Origin: Mustelus asterias
Taxonomy: Eukaryota
Length of the DNA stretch: 64,000 nucleotides
NCBI RefSeq assembly: GCF_964213995.1
Contig: NC_135814.1
Location: forward strand, 103,726,001-103,790,000
Reading direction: 5' to 3'
Below are positions 1-11,865 of the stretch, piece after piece. A model generated the notes under the pieces. That model did not search any database and was not told where the DNA came from. It saw only the letters and a list, made by a program, of their open reading frames with translations. Numbering within the stretch: position 1 is the first letter of the stretch; every line of letters begins with the position of its first letter. The position numbers and the translations under genes were made by a program.

Positions 1-150
1 CCTCCACCACACCCTCAGGCAGTGCATTCCAAAGATTAGCCACTCGCTGTGTGAGAATTTCGTTCTCATATCACTTTTGCTTCTTTTGCCAATGACTTTC
101 AAAATCTGTGCCCTCTCATTCTGGACCTTTTCACAAGCAGGAACAGTTTT
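1..150 (-). mobile_element. CR1 LINE 3' fragment
   Basis: Minus strand resembles the CR1 C-terminal RVxxxWNALPExVVE region seen in other copies in the window. Confidence 0.6.
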
Positions 151-279
151 GCCTTATTTACATTACAACATTAAACGTTACCATTGTTGGCTAAATACAA
201 TAGTCTCTCAAATTACACACTGCACTAATCTCTGCCCCAAGCTCCAACCGCCAGACATCAAACTGCATCAGATTCATGC

Positions 280-447
280 GGATGCTGCAATCTGAAATAA
301 CAAAAGAAAATGCTGGAAAATCTCAGCGCGTCGGACGGAGCTCTGACCAAGGGTCGTCCAGACTCGAAATGTTGGCTCTATTCTCTCTCCACAGATGCTG
401 CCAGACTTGCTGCGATTTTCCTGCATTTTCTGTTTTTGTTGTACATG
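280..447 (+). mobile_element. Palindromic Penelope-like mini-element (family P1) with degenerate hammerhead motif
   Basis: Inverted ends (aaaatgctggaaaatctcagc / gctgcgattttcctgcatttt); direct repeat agattcatgc at 270-279 and 448-457; core CTGACCA-A-GGGTC..GACTC-GAAA-TGTT at 343-373. Confidence 0.7.
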
Positions 448-798
448 AGATTCATGCTTTCTGACTGCTCATTCCCGAAGAATATAAAATTAACCCACAG
501 TTTAGCTTCACCACCAGACAAGAGGCAGGATATCTAAAAAGTACCAGTGAGCGAGTATCCTGGTATGCATTATCCTGAAGTGTTCATGCAGACAGCATAC
601 CACAACAGGCCTGTGCTGTCTGGACTCTCGCATGGAAGACCACTCTCAGGCAGGAATGTTGGAATGAATTAACAAAAGTAACAAGGGTCAGAATTATCCA
701 GTGACAAATAGGGGCCTTAAAACTGCTCAACGTCCAACGGAACCAAGATAGTGATTCCACCCTGTATTGCGTCCGGGGACAACAACCACAGCTCTTAC

Positions 799-901
799 CA
801 TTCAGGTTGTACATCGAGAAGCGGTAGGAGAAGTTTGCGAGATTGGTTTCCTGCCGAAGCGGAGATTTCTTCAACTCTTCAGGTTTCCCAGTGTCCAAAC
901 T
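799..901 (-). CDS. RAPH1: RAPH1/lamellipodin second coding exon (103 bp, ends in phase 1): SLDTGKPEELKKSPLRQETNLANFSYRFSMYNLN
   Basis: Peptide matches the recalled vertebrate RAPH1 N-terminus (SPLRQETNMANFSYRFSIYNLN). Minus-strand acceptor tttctcctccattcag|AGT and donor AATG|gtaag. In frame with the 4088-4207 exon. Confidence 0.95.
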
Positions 902-1337
902 CTGAATGGAGGAGAAACAGAACACTGCTCTCAATTTCATAAAGGTATTGTAAATAATCTTGAAAAGGACCTGGCACTCAGCTTTAGAAAGATAAACATT
1001 TAACATTCGTCCCTGAAAAGGGATAGCAATTCACAACACACACAAAGTCATAATATACATCAGTTAACTTGCGCCGAGAGGATTTCTGCAGTGCTCTTAT
1101 TCCTGGTCATCATTCAGTGATCCCAACTGCAAAGTGCATACACAAGACACTGATCGACAACAGCAGCAGCTCAGGTGTGGTGACAGTCGTGTACGAACTG
1201 TCTGTCCACATCTACTTGTCCAGTCTGGCGCTTGTGTGTGTCGCTGGATGGCTCCCAATATCCATGGAAATGCAACCCATACAGGGTTGGCACTGTTGAG
1301 TTACGTCCACAAAAATGGATCAGTCTCGGCATCTTGG

Positions 1338-1533
1338 CAGTCCCAAAGATGTGCAGGTTAGGGGGATTGGCCATGCTAAATCACCCTTTAGTGTCCCAAA
1401 CTGTGTAGGTTAGGGGGATTCACAGGGTAAATGCATGGAGTTATGGGATTGTGGGGGGGTAGCCTGGATGAGATAGCCGGTGCACATTCGATGGGCCGAA
1501 TGGCCTCCTTCCATACTATACGGATTCTATGAT
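1338..1533 (+). mobile_element. HE1-like SINE, 5'-truncated (tail A)
   Basis: aaagatgtgcaggttagg...gggccgaatggcctcctt...gattctatgatt, shared with full-length copies. Confidence 0.8.
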
Positions 1534-2340
1534 TTCCCTGCCAATAAAGCATCAGGTTGACCACGACCTGCCATAATGCAGTCAGGCCAAACTATAACTG
1601 GGTGAGAAAGACATCTTTGAAATAAAATAAAACCCGTTACTTTGTCAGTTAAGAAAGATGAGTCCCAAGTCAAACTGAGAGTACAGGTAGATAAAACAGG
1701 TCTGAAATAGTCTCAGTTGAGTGGCGGAAGCCAGAGGCTGGTAATTGAAAGGAAAAGATGAGAGCTGGGAAAGGAAAAAAAATCAGAAATTTAGATTCAT
1801 TTCTAATGCATGTTTTTTCAAGGTATTACTGAGATGGTTAAACCCAGGCTCCCCCTGAAGGCTCGCCTGATATTCTAGCATCTCAGTGTGTGAAGTGATG
1901 CTAGTTCATCAGTACTAAATGATCTGGAGACACTGGTGCTGTCAGGGTTGAACATGATATAATGATGCCATTCTCCCATAGAATTCAGGGGACAAAGGCA
2001 GCAGAGAGGAGGCTGTGAGCGATTAAATAGCAGAGTGACAGGATGTAATGACACAAAGAGATAGTAAGGAGCAAGGTTTGATTTACTGAGACCAGGATAT
2101 GGGCTCTCCCAGTTCCTAATAACCAAATTCTTCCGTTCTTATTTGTTGCTACTGATGTTAAAAATTGGAAGAGTCTCTGCAACCACTCCCAGCCTGCTTC
2201 CCCTCCCTCCCACAAACTTCCATTCCCAAACCTTCACCAGCAACACCCCTGGCTCCGGAGCCTTCCCCTAAACCAGTTCCCACTTCTGGAAACGTCTCTT
2301 CAAATGTAAATACCAATAGGTTCATCCATACACCTATATG

Positions 2341-3421
2341 TATACACACGCGCACACACTAACCCCATCCATGCGCGCATACACACACACTAACCCCATA
2401 CACACACACACACCAACCCCCCCCACAGACACCCTAACCACACACACACACACACACTAATCTCCCAATAACCCCATGCACACACACAAGTACACTCCTG
2501 CACCCACTCCAATCCCCCGCCGACCCCACACACACTCCCCCGCCCACACTTCTCCTCACCAACCCCTTGCACATACTTCCCCCCGCGCAGACTCCCCCAC
2601 CAACCCCCCCCGCCCCCCCCCCCACACACTCTCCCACCAACCTCCCCCACCAAACCGCCCCCCCCCGCACACTCCCCCACCAAACCCCCCCCCCGCACAC
2701 TCTCCCACCAACCTCCCGCACCAAACCGCCCCCACCTCCGCACACTCTCCCACCAACCCCCCCCAGCGCACACTCCCCCACCAAACCCCCCCCCCGCACA
2801 CTCCCCCACCAAACCTCCCCAGCGCACACTCCCCCGCCAAACCCCCCTGCGCACACTCCCCCACCGACCTCCCCCCGCGCACAGTCCTCCCACCGACCTC
2901 TCCCCCGCGCACAGTCCTCCCACCGACCTCTCCCCCGCGCACAGTCCTCCCACCAACCCCCCCCCACACAGTCCTCCCACCAACCCCCCCCACACACAGT
3001 CCTCCCACCAACCCCCCCCTCACAGTCCTCCCACCAACCCCCCCCCCACACAGTCCTCCAACAACCCCCTCCATACTCCTCCAACAACCCCCCCCACACT
3101 CCTCCATCAACCCCCCCACACACTCCTCCAACAACCCCCTCCATACTCCTCCAACAACCCCCCCCACACTCCTCCATCAACCCCCCCACACACGCCTCCA
3201 ACAACTCCCCCCACACACGCCTCCAACAACCCCCCCACACACACTCCTCCAACAACCCTCCCACCACTCCTCCAACAACTCCCCCCCCACACTCCTTCAA
3301 CAACTCCCCCCCCACACTCCTCCAACAACTCCCCCCCCACACTCCTCCAGCAACCCCCCCTACACACGCCTCCAACAACCCCCCTCACACACGCCTCCAA
3401 CAACCCCACCAACCACACACA
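2341..3421. repeat. C/A-rich degenerate minisatellite (G-rich on minus strand)
   Basis: (CA)n runs followed by ~25-30 bp units such as CACACTCCCCCACCAAACCCCCC, ACAGTCCTCCCACCAACCCC and ACACTCCTCCAACAACCCCC. Confidence 0.95.
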
Positions 3422-4087
3422 TACCCTCAATGTTGCAAGTTCAAACATGTAACATAAAAGCTTGATTATACTCTGCAGCTATTCCCCTACTGATTATGAA
3501 GGATCATCCTTAATACATGTGTTTTTTAACTATAATTAGAACAATTGGCTCTTGAAAAAAAAAGGTTTTTCACATCACTGGCATCCTTGGAGGTAGATTT
3601 GTGATTAATGCAACCAATGACCAAATGAAATGTACTTAATGAACAAAATTGTGAACAGGCTATTCCCTGTCATCCTGAGTTTTGCATTGTTTTTGCTCCT
3701 GGAATAAATTGCCTGCTCATATTTCCCACTCTGAGTGCGTGGTGCTGACATTAACTTGGTATGGATCAAACTCTAGAGTCTTTTACTCCTTGACATCAGG
3801 AGATTCCCAGTGCTGTTCCCAGTGAAGCAACAGAGAAGCTCTTCAACCACAATTTTGAAAAGGTAGATGAAACAGTTCGAATCTTGCACGCCTATACCTC
3901 GCCCATAATCATAAGTTTACATCAGTCACTAACACAGGTAAAGGGAAATTCTGACATGAGCCACCTGAATTGAGTACACAATCCAGTCACAAATACTTGT
4001 GCCTCTAAGCAATGAAAACAGTCAGCAGAACCACTGCCTGCAAAGTTCGGAAGCCTTCTAACCTCAAGTCAGGTTACTCCTACTTAC

Positions 4088-4207
4088 CTGAGTGAGTTTG
4101 TCGAGCTCACCCAGCCAGGCCCCAAACATCTGATCCAAGTCCTGGTCCTCCTTATCACTGTCCTCCTCTGCCGCATGATCCACATCTTCATCAGAGGTCT
4201 GATCCAT
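4088..4207 (-). CDS. RAPH1: RAPH1/lamellipodin first coding exon (120 bp, phase 0): MDQTSDEDVDHAAEEDSDKEDQDLDQMFGAWLGELDKLTQ, includes the talin-binding helix
   Basis: Manual minus-strand translation (absent from the ORF track) closely matches the recalled human MEQLSDEEIDHGAEEDSDKEDQDLDKMFGAWLGELDKLTQ. Acceptor ttcctttggtcacag|ATG, donor CAG|gtaagta. Confidence 0.95.
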
Positions 4208-4411
4208 CTGTGACCAAAGGAACCATCAACAGTCATTCGATTTATTTAAGCCATGACATTACAATGCTGTGTCAATGCAATTCAGTATTCAACACTCTTT
4301 ATATATCCCCTCACATTCCTCCCACCACCTAGACCCATATCCAATAGTACTGTACCCATATGACAGCCCAGTCCCTATCAGATATATAGTGTTATCAGTG
4401 TTATCACAGTA

Positions 4412-4508
4412 ACATAGGAAATAGGAGCAGGAGAAGGCCATTTGGCCCTTTCAGCCTGTTCTGCCCCACTCATTATGATCATGGCTGATCATCCAACTCA
4501 ATAGCTTA
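4412..4508 (-). mobile_element. CR1 LINE 3' tail fragment
   Basis: acataggaaataggagcaggagaaggccattt...atcatggctgatcatccaactcaatagc; similar to 33458-33560. Confidence 0.65.
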
Positions 4509-5892
4509 CAGCAACAGTGGGAGATTTGTACAAATCACCATTACAATTGACAAGAATTAAGTAGCTGTTACTAGCCAGTTGGCATGAAGAGGCGCTGTAC
4601 CTCATTGTGGACATGGTGTGCGTCAGCCATCACTGAGCAAACATACAAATGCTCACTGGTGATTTAAGAGAACAAATCTCAGGTGCAAAGAACATTCTGT
4701 CAGCAAGGGGACAAAAGGAAGTAGAGCCTCAATTTTATCGTATTCACACAGGACACGTCCACTTCTACAATGCCCCATGTGGTTTCCAATGTAAAAATGC
4801 ACTCACACAAATGTTGCAAACAGGTGGCTGTAGAGAGCATTATTAGCTCAGCTAGGCAAGAGCTTCAAGTCTGATGACCGGCCTGGGGATGGTTCATGAT
4901 TGATGAAACTATGGGAGGAACCAGAATGTGTTTTCTCTCTCTCTCATGCCTTAAGCGCCCATTACACCTCAAGTTATTCTGCCACTCCCAGACAAGCCAC
5001 TGCTCATCATTAATGAACATTGCAAAAACCGGATTAATGACCCTGCTCCCTCCCATCAAACTTAATTTCCTCCTGCTATCTAAAGATTATAAACTACTCT
5101 GAAGCAAATAAGGAGCTCTCAACAGAATTATACCAAACAGCACAAGTCTCTGCAGTCAAGATTTGAGTATCAGTACAAGTGTGGAGAAGAAATAGTTCTG
5201 CTTAAAAAGAGACAGCTCGCAGTGACAAATTCCACGTATAAATTGAAAATTAATGCCATGTATTAATCACAAACAGCACTCATTGGCAGCAGGATTATTC
5301 ACTCACAATATCTAAAACAGCTGCTTTATTGCTGTATGGATACTTGCTGCTTGGTACACGAATGGTCCAGTGTATTTTTTAGAAGCACAGTTTGGGGACA
5401 GCAATAGGTCTGCTCACTGGTCTGTGCAGAGCTTGCTGCTCTCAGCTGGTGACACAAGCTAAGGATCACAATCAGTCAGAGATCACAGTCAGAACGTCAC
5501 TCAGTTCGAAAGGAGGGAGGGTCGGAGGAATCAAACTGCTCCTGATCACTATTCAGTGGCTCTGGCCGGTGAATCTGTAATGTGCAAGCGGAAAGATTAG
5601 CCCCAGTTTTGATGTTTTCCGTAACTTAATTGCTTGCCGACACTCAACATCAAGGCTTAAAAATAGAAAATGGCTTTTTAAGCTTACCAGCACTATGAAC
5701 CCATAGTGTTAACACTTCTTGGAAGGAGAGGGGGGGTGAGGGGGAGCGGTTTGGGCAGACAAAAAGTTGGAGGAATAGAATAATTGGAGGAGAAATGTAA
5801 TGAAATTAGCTCAAGGGGCTGAGAGAACCTGCATTTATGTAGCATTTCTAAACTCATTAATCACCATCTGCTCCACCACTCCCTCAAGTGTA

Positions 5893-6209
5893 TCATAGAA
5901 TCCCTACAGTGCAGAAGGAGGCCATTCAGCCCATTGAGTCTGCACCAACCACAATCCCATCCAGGCCCTATCCCCATAACTCCATGCATTTACCCTAGCT
6001 AGCCCACTTGACACTAAGGGGCAATTTAGCATGGCTAATCCACCTAATCCACAGGACTGTGGGAGGAAACTGGAGCACTCGGAGGAAACCCACGCAGACT
6101 CGGAGAGAACGTGCAGACTCCACACAGACAGTGACCCCAGTTGGGAATCAAACCCAGCTCCCTGGCGCTGTGAGTCAGCTGCGTTAACCACTGTGCCACC
6201 ATGCCACCC
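5893..6209 (-). mobile_element. HE1-like tRNA-derived SINE (tail A, CR1-type)
   Basis: Head with A/B boxes, conserved core gtctgcgtgggtttcctcc, tail gggattctatga. Confidence 0.9.
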
Positions 6210-6656
6210 TAAAGAGCAGTCAGGTTTGCTGGAAACATTGCAGTTAATTTTGCCGCAGCATGGTTCCCACAAGATCCCACTGAATCCGAGATCGTTTTCC
6301 TGAGGGTGGAGACGGTTTGGGCGAGGGGGTAACCGAGACTTTCAAATTTAAGAGGGATTTTGTTCAGCAGGTTGAGAAGCCATTTCCACTGGCGAGAGGA
6401 TTGGTAACCAGAGGACACATTTAAAATAATTGGCAAAAGAACCAGAGGAGAGAAGAGGAGACATTATCTTCCCCCACACAGAACTTTGTGTGATCTGGAA
6501 TGTTTTATCTGAAAGGATGACGAAAGTCTAGATTCCATAGGTACTTGGGAGTAAATAAATGAAGGGGTTGCATCTATTGGTTGGCAAATGGATGACATGG
6601 CGATATAAATTGAATGAAGGGTAAAAAGATGCAGAGGGTCATCACAAAATAGATTA

Positions 6657-6978
6657 GGGCAGCACGGTGTCACAGTGGTTAGCACTGCTGCCTCACAGCA
6701 GGGACCGGGTTCAATTCCAGCCTCGGGTCACCATCTGTGCGGAGTTTGCACGTTCCCCTTGTGTCTACGCGGGTTTCCTCCGGGTGCTCCGGTTTCCTCC
6801 TACAGTCCAAAGATGTGCGGGTTAGGTTGATTGGCCATGCTAAATTGCCCCTTAGTGTCAGGGGGATTAGCTAGGGTAAATGTGTGAGGTTACGGGAATA
6901 GGGCCTGGGTAGGATTGTGGTCGGTACAGACTCGATGGGCCAAATGGCGTCGTTCTGTACGATAGGGATTCTATGATT
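6657..6978 (+). mobile_element. HE1-like SINE (tail A)
   Basis: gggcagcacggtgtcacagtggttagcactgctgcc...gggattctatgattc. Confidence 0.9.
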
Positions 6979-8454
6979 CAAGCCAGAGATTAAATAATTT
7001 GAGGAATGTAAAAGATGGATTAGATGGTTCTTGCTGAGCTAGCACAATTTGATACAACAGCTAATCATTTCTGCCAATTGTGTGCTCTAGACAACAGACA
7101 CAGTATTGACATTATCATACATTCATAAACACAGAATTTACAGTACACACACCTGAAACAGTTTCCTTACATATAGCTGCATTGCCTTAACTCACAAATA
7201 AGACTACACAATGCATTAAGTCACACAGGTGCCCTGAAATACAATAAAAATTAAATTATCTGCCTCCATGCGGTCTTACAGCTCCCAGCACAACTGCTCC
7301 CCTCTGCCTTTCAAATCATGTTGCTTTCAGATTTTATTGCTTTTAGGACACAACTATTTGTAGTATGGGCACAGACTGCAGTCCGATATACTGTTCTACA
7401 CGGAGAATTTAATACATTAATCAATAATAGCTGGAGCTGAACTATGGGTCAGAAGTATAGCCCCAGTGCAGAAGTGCTCTCTAGTGATCCGGATAAGTTA
7501 CTGGACTATACTGAAAACCAGACTATAAATCGAGCTCTGATACACAGCCTTTTTTTTTTACTGGAAAAACTGTGTTAACGACACACAACATTATCAAGAT
7601 GAAAATTGTTCAAGATATATTGAAAGGCTGCAGGTTCAGCCCTGTTATATGTAGGATTGCTGCATCAGGTCTCAGCGTTCCAAGTTAGGCTCCGTTATAT
7701 GCTATATCTGCCAACTTAAGCCAAGAAGTAATCAATTGTTACTCCCTCCTGTTGCTGTGCCACACAAAGAACAATTCTGAAATATTAAACAAGTGCAAAA
7801 GTAGCCAGACTAACTGAAAACATGCTTGAATGATGCTTCTGGTTAGGTTAAGATCCCTCATGAGAGAAGTCCCTGTTAAGCACATACTGCCTGAGCTTAC
7901 ACCTGAAGAGTTATCGCTTGGCAAAATGCCAGGTGACAGACATCTAGAGAACTTTTCTTCCTCAGGAGAGGAGGGCAGGTAGCGATCCACTCAACCCAAG
8001 TGGTTCTTACTTTGCAGAGCTGGAGCTGATAGTCTTTAATAAACATTTAATTGCAACCCATCTCCATTAGCTGCGAGCAAACACACAAAACAGCCAAAAG
8101 CAAAGTTCCAGCCCCACCCTTGCAAGCTTGGAGTTTGCAGAGTGAACGTTTTAAGAAGTAACTATAAATATTAACAGGACAATCTCCGCCTCATTAGTAA
8201 AACTGGGCCACAAATTCCTTTGGGCTCTACTTCATTTTTCTGGATCCCAATCGGAGCAGAATAAAACAGACTCACGATATCATCCCCTCCAGAAGATGTT
8301 GGCTCACACACAGCTACAGTTCTACACATAGAAAGCACCCTCTGGTTCACGATTGAGCAGAGATGAGTGATAGCAGGGTATTCAATGTCAGGGAGTATCA
8401 AAGTCAAACCCAACCTGGTTCTTGCCCTCACACCTTTCCAGTAGCAACAACAAT

Positions 8455-9295
8455 TGCATCATGTAACATAACGCAGCATCCCAAGACACTTCACAAGAGC
8501 ATTACAAAACAAAGTAGGGCAGAGAGCTACATATGCAGAAGACCAAAAGCATGGTCAAAGAGTTGTAACGAGTGTCTTAAAAGGGGAAAGAGATAGAAAG
8601 ACAGACAGAAGTGTAGGGAGGGAATTCCAGAGCTTGGAGCCTGGACAACTAAAGGCGAGCAACAAGCAATTAAAATTGGGGATGCACAAGTGGCCAGAAT
8701 TAGATGAGCATAGCCATCATGGAGGATTACGTACAAATATAGGAAGAGGAGTAGGCCACTCAGCCCCTCGAGCTTGCTCTGCCATTCAATAAGATCATGA
8801 CTGACCTAATTTTAACCTCAAATTCCTGCCTACCCCTGATAACCTTCCACTACATTGCATATTAAGAATCTATCAACCTCTGCGTAAAAATATTCAAAGA
8901 TTCTGCCTCAACCACCTTTTGAGGAAGAGAATTCTCACAACCCTCAGAAAATATTTTTCCTCATCTGCCTTAAATGGGTGGCCCTACAGTGGCCCCTAGT
9001 TCTAGATTCTCCCCCAAGAGGAAACATTCTTTCCACATCCACCCTGTCAAGTCCCCTCAGGATCTTTCAAGGAGGGATTGGAAGATGTTGCAGGGATAGG
9101 AAGAGGTGAGGTGAAAGAATTTGAAAAGGATGAGAACATAAAAACTAACAGCTTGCTGGACCCGTAGCCAAGGTAGGTCAGCGAGCACAGGGTGGAGGAA
9201 GAGAACCTGGTGCAAGTTATGGAGGGTAGAATGTGGAGGCCAACACTGGACTGCTCGAACTCAAAGGCAACAAAAGCCGTGAATGGAGCAGACAA
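8455..9295 (-). mobile_element. Old L2-like LINE remnant interrupted by a CR1 3' fragment (8735-9067)
   Basis: Purine-rich plus strand typical of an antisense L2 3' region; the CR1 tail aggaagaggagtaggccactcagcccctcgagc sits between ggaggatt and ggagggatt. Confidence 0.55.
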
Positions 9296-9297
9296 CT

Positions 9298-9690
9298 GAA
9301 TCATAGAATCCCTACATTGCAGGAGGCCATTAGGCCCATCAAGCCTGCACTAACCACGATCCCACCCAAGCCCTATCCCCGTAACCCTACGTATTTATGA
9401 GGAAAAATATTTTCTGAGGGTTGTGAGAATTCTCTTCCTCAAAAGGTGGTTGAGGCAGAATGTTTGAATATTTTGAATAACCTGCTAATCCCCCTGACAC
9501 TAAGGGGCAATTTAGCATGGCCAATCCACCTAACTGCACATCTTTGGAGTGCGGGAGGAAGCCGGAGCACCCGGAGGAATCCCACGCAGACACGGGGAGA
9601 ATGTGCAAACTCCGCACAGTGACCCAAGGCCGGAATTGAACCTGGGTCCCTAGCACTGTGAAGCAGCAGTGATAACCACTGTGCCACCCT
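9298..9690 (-). mobile_element. HE1-like SINE (tail A) interrupted by an insert at 9397-9480
   Basis: SINE consensus breaks after gtattt and resumes at cctgctaatcc. Confidence 0.9.
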
Positions 9691-9860
9691 GCAATCAGGG
9701 GAAGGAACTTGAGCTGATTCATCTCTTTTAGCCCAGGAAGACTGACGCCTCCTCCTTCCACCCCAGCACAGATCAACCGTGTGATCCTGGTGCCCTCTGT
9801 GTAGTGCTGTTAAACACTATCTTTATGGGGGCAATTGGGACTAGCTTAGTGGTTAAAAAC

Positions 9861-9889
<29 letters not shown>
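9861..9889. repeat. poly-G run adjoining a CR1 tail fragment (9890-9942)
   Basis: 29 consecutive G followed by catgaacaagttgggccaaagggcctgtttcc. Confidence 0.9.
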
Positions 9890-9891
<2 letters not shown>

Positions 9892-10616
9892 TGAACAAGT
9901 TGGGCCAAAGGGCCTGTTTCCATGCTGTAAACCTCTATGACTACCCTTACCATCCGAGCAGCAACCATTATTCCCTGTGTCCCAAAAAATGCTTCCAATA
10001 ATAAGCAGCTGAAACATGAGGCATAACCAAGTCAACAGCTGAAACTCATTAAATTGATGTTCCTCCCCCCAAAACATTGAAGCCATTTTGGCAAATGGTA
10101 ATTCGACTTGGAAGCAAATATTCCTGTTTTGATTCTGTCACTGCACCAGGCTCCAAAATCACCCTCCATTCTGATCTCTAACCTCTGCGCAGCCCTTTTA
10201 AGTCAATGCTGTGGCTCGGGACAAATCTGTCCTTCACTTCAGCCAATGTGGCTGCCACAGTTGGTGTGTCTTTAGTGTACACAAACAGTGAGACTTTCCA
10301 TCTGACATCTCAAATCCAAGGCAGGAAGTCACCGAGGCAGCTGTGTGAGCTGCCTCAATAGCGGCCTGCCTTCAGTGGAACTTCTGATCCAAGCCAAGAA
10401 AAATAGCAGTGAACGGACAGTGCTCTGTAACTACCTTAACAATGCTGCACTTAAAGACATTAATCAACAAGACTGAATTCTCAGTTTACTCCATTCAAAA
10501 AAAAGGATGTAGTTTGACAGCCGGAGAGAGGATTAACTAATGAGGCCACGGGGTATCAGCACCAAAACACCTGCTACTTGTGCTTCAGGTGTGCTAACAA
10601 AGGCCTGCATCGCTGA

Positions 10617-11565
10617 CCAATTCTGAATTCTCGCACATCATCAAATTCCTTCAGCTTTCCACTGATAATTGTGCCATCAGGGTGTAGGTCCCAACCCCTG
10701 GCTGTTTCTCCCTAAAGCTCAATGCCTTGCTATCTCACTCTCCTCCTTACTAAAACCATTTGATCATCTATCCGAATAACTCTTTATTTAAATTGGTGCC
10801 TGTTTGATATTTGGCCGATTTAAACTGCTGTTGCGGGTTCATGAATTGAATCTAGAGTAGCAGAGGATGATTCTTCCCACGGAATTACACCCTAGCACCT
10901 ACCTGTGCCTGAGAGAGAAGGATTGGGGGCAGGGATTTGTGACCAATTCACTTCTAAATAACCAAAGAGCACTGAGAATGTGGCCAGTAGCAGCAGGACA
11001 GGTAGGTGTGGGACAGCCCCGAGCTCATCAGTTCAGATGAGTTTAGAACGGACCACATTGCACTGGGATTCTGTTTACATCAGCAGTTTGTTTTTGGAGT
11101 CCAACAAAATCCTTCACAAATCATTTTGCAAACTAAACCACTTGACAAGAGATACGACTCAACAGCAAATTTCAAGCAACAGCTACAAGAAAACCCTTAG
11201 AGCCATTGTCACAACTGTCTCTTTCCAGCGCTAATCCCTGCCCCCAATCCTTCTCTCTCAGGCAGAGGTAGGTGCTAGGGGATAATTCCGTGGGAAGAAT
11301 CATCCTCTGCGACTCAAGATTCAATTCATGAACCCGCAACAGCAGTTTAAATCAGCCAAATATAAAACCGGCACCAATTTAAAGAAAGAGTTATTAGGAC
11401 AGGTGGCCAAATGGTTTTAAAAAGGAGGAACTTAAGGAGGAGAGTGAGATAGCAAGGCATTGAGCTTTAGGGAGAGGCAGCCGAGGGTTGGGACCTACAC
11501 CCTGATGGCACATCTATCAGTGGAAAGCTGAAGGAATTTGACGATGTGCGAGAATCCAGAATTGG
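10617..11565. repeat. Long inverted repeat: arms 10617-10937 and 11233-11565, 295-bp spacer
   Basis: Manual alignment of the reverse-complemented left arm to the right arm gives about 22 substitutions and one ~12-nt indel over ~320 bp. Confidence 0.95.
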
Positions 11566-11865
11566 AGTGGGGCTGGGGACGTTTACACAGAGAGGGAAGG
11601 ATGAGACTCAAAAAGATTAGAGGATGGGAATTTTTAACTTGAGGTGTCGGAGGGAAAAACAGGAGTTGGTGAGAGTTAGGACATGGGAACCAGCGTTCAT
11701 TTGCTCACATTCAAGGGGGATTTCAGGAGCAGATGGGAGGTATTTAGTTAAACGCCAAGGTTGTGACTGGAACTTACGTCAGTGTTTCAATTAGTCTCCT
11801 CAAGTGTTTTAATTGGAGAAAATCCCTGCTCATTCAGTACCGGGTGCCAGATGCACCATACATTA

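Larger units (their letters stand above)
902..4087 (-). other. RAPH1: RAPH1 intron between the two coding exons (GT-AG, 3186 bp)
   Basis: Canonical splice sites at both ends; phase 0 joins Q|S. Confidence 0.9.

Noticed and set aside
584-1006. 140-aa ORF as a complete gene
   Set aside because: Only 799-901 is a real exon; the rest is intronic read-through.
2390-3465. Long Pro/His/Thr-rich and Gly/Val-rich ORFs (200-329 aa)
   Set aside because: Open in most frames on both strands because the C-rich minisatellite lacks stop codons; intronic with no splice support.
9861-9889. 29-nt poly-G as a functional element
   Set aside because: Homopolymer length is unreliable in assemblies; it sits at a G-run of a CR1 tail fragment.
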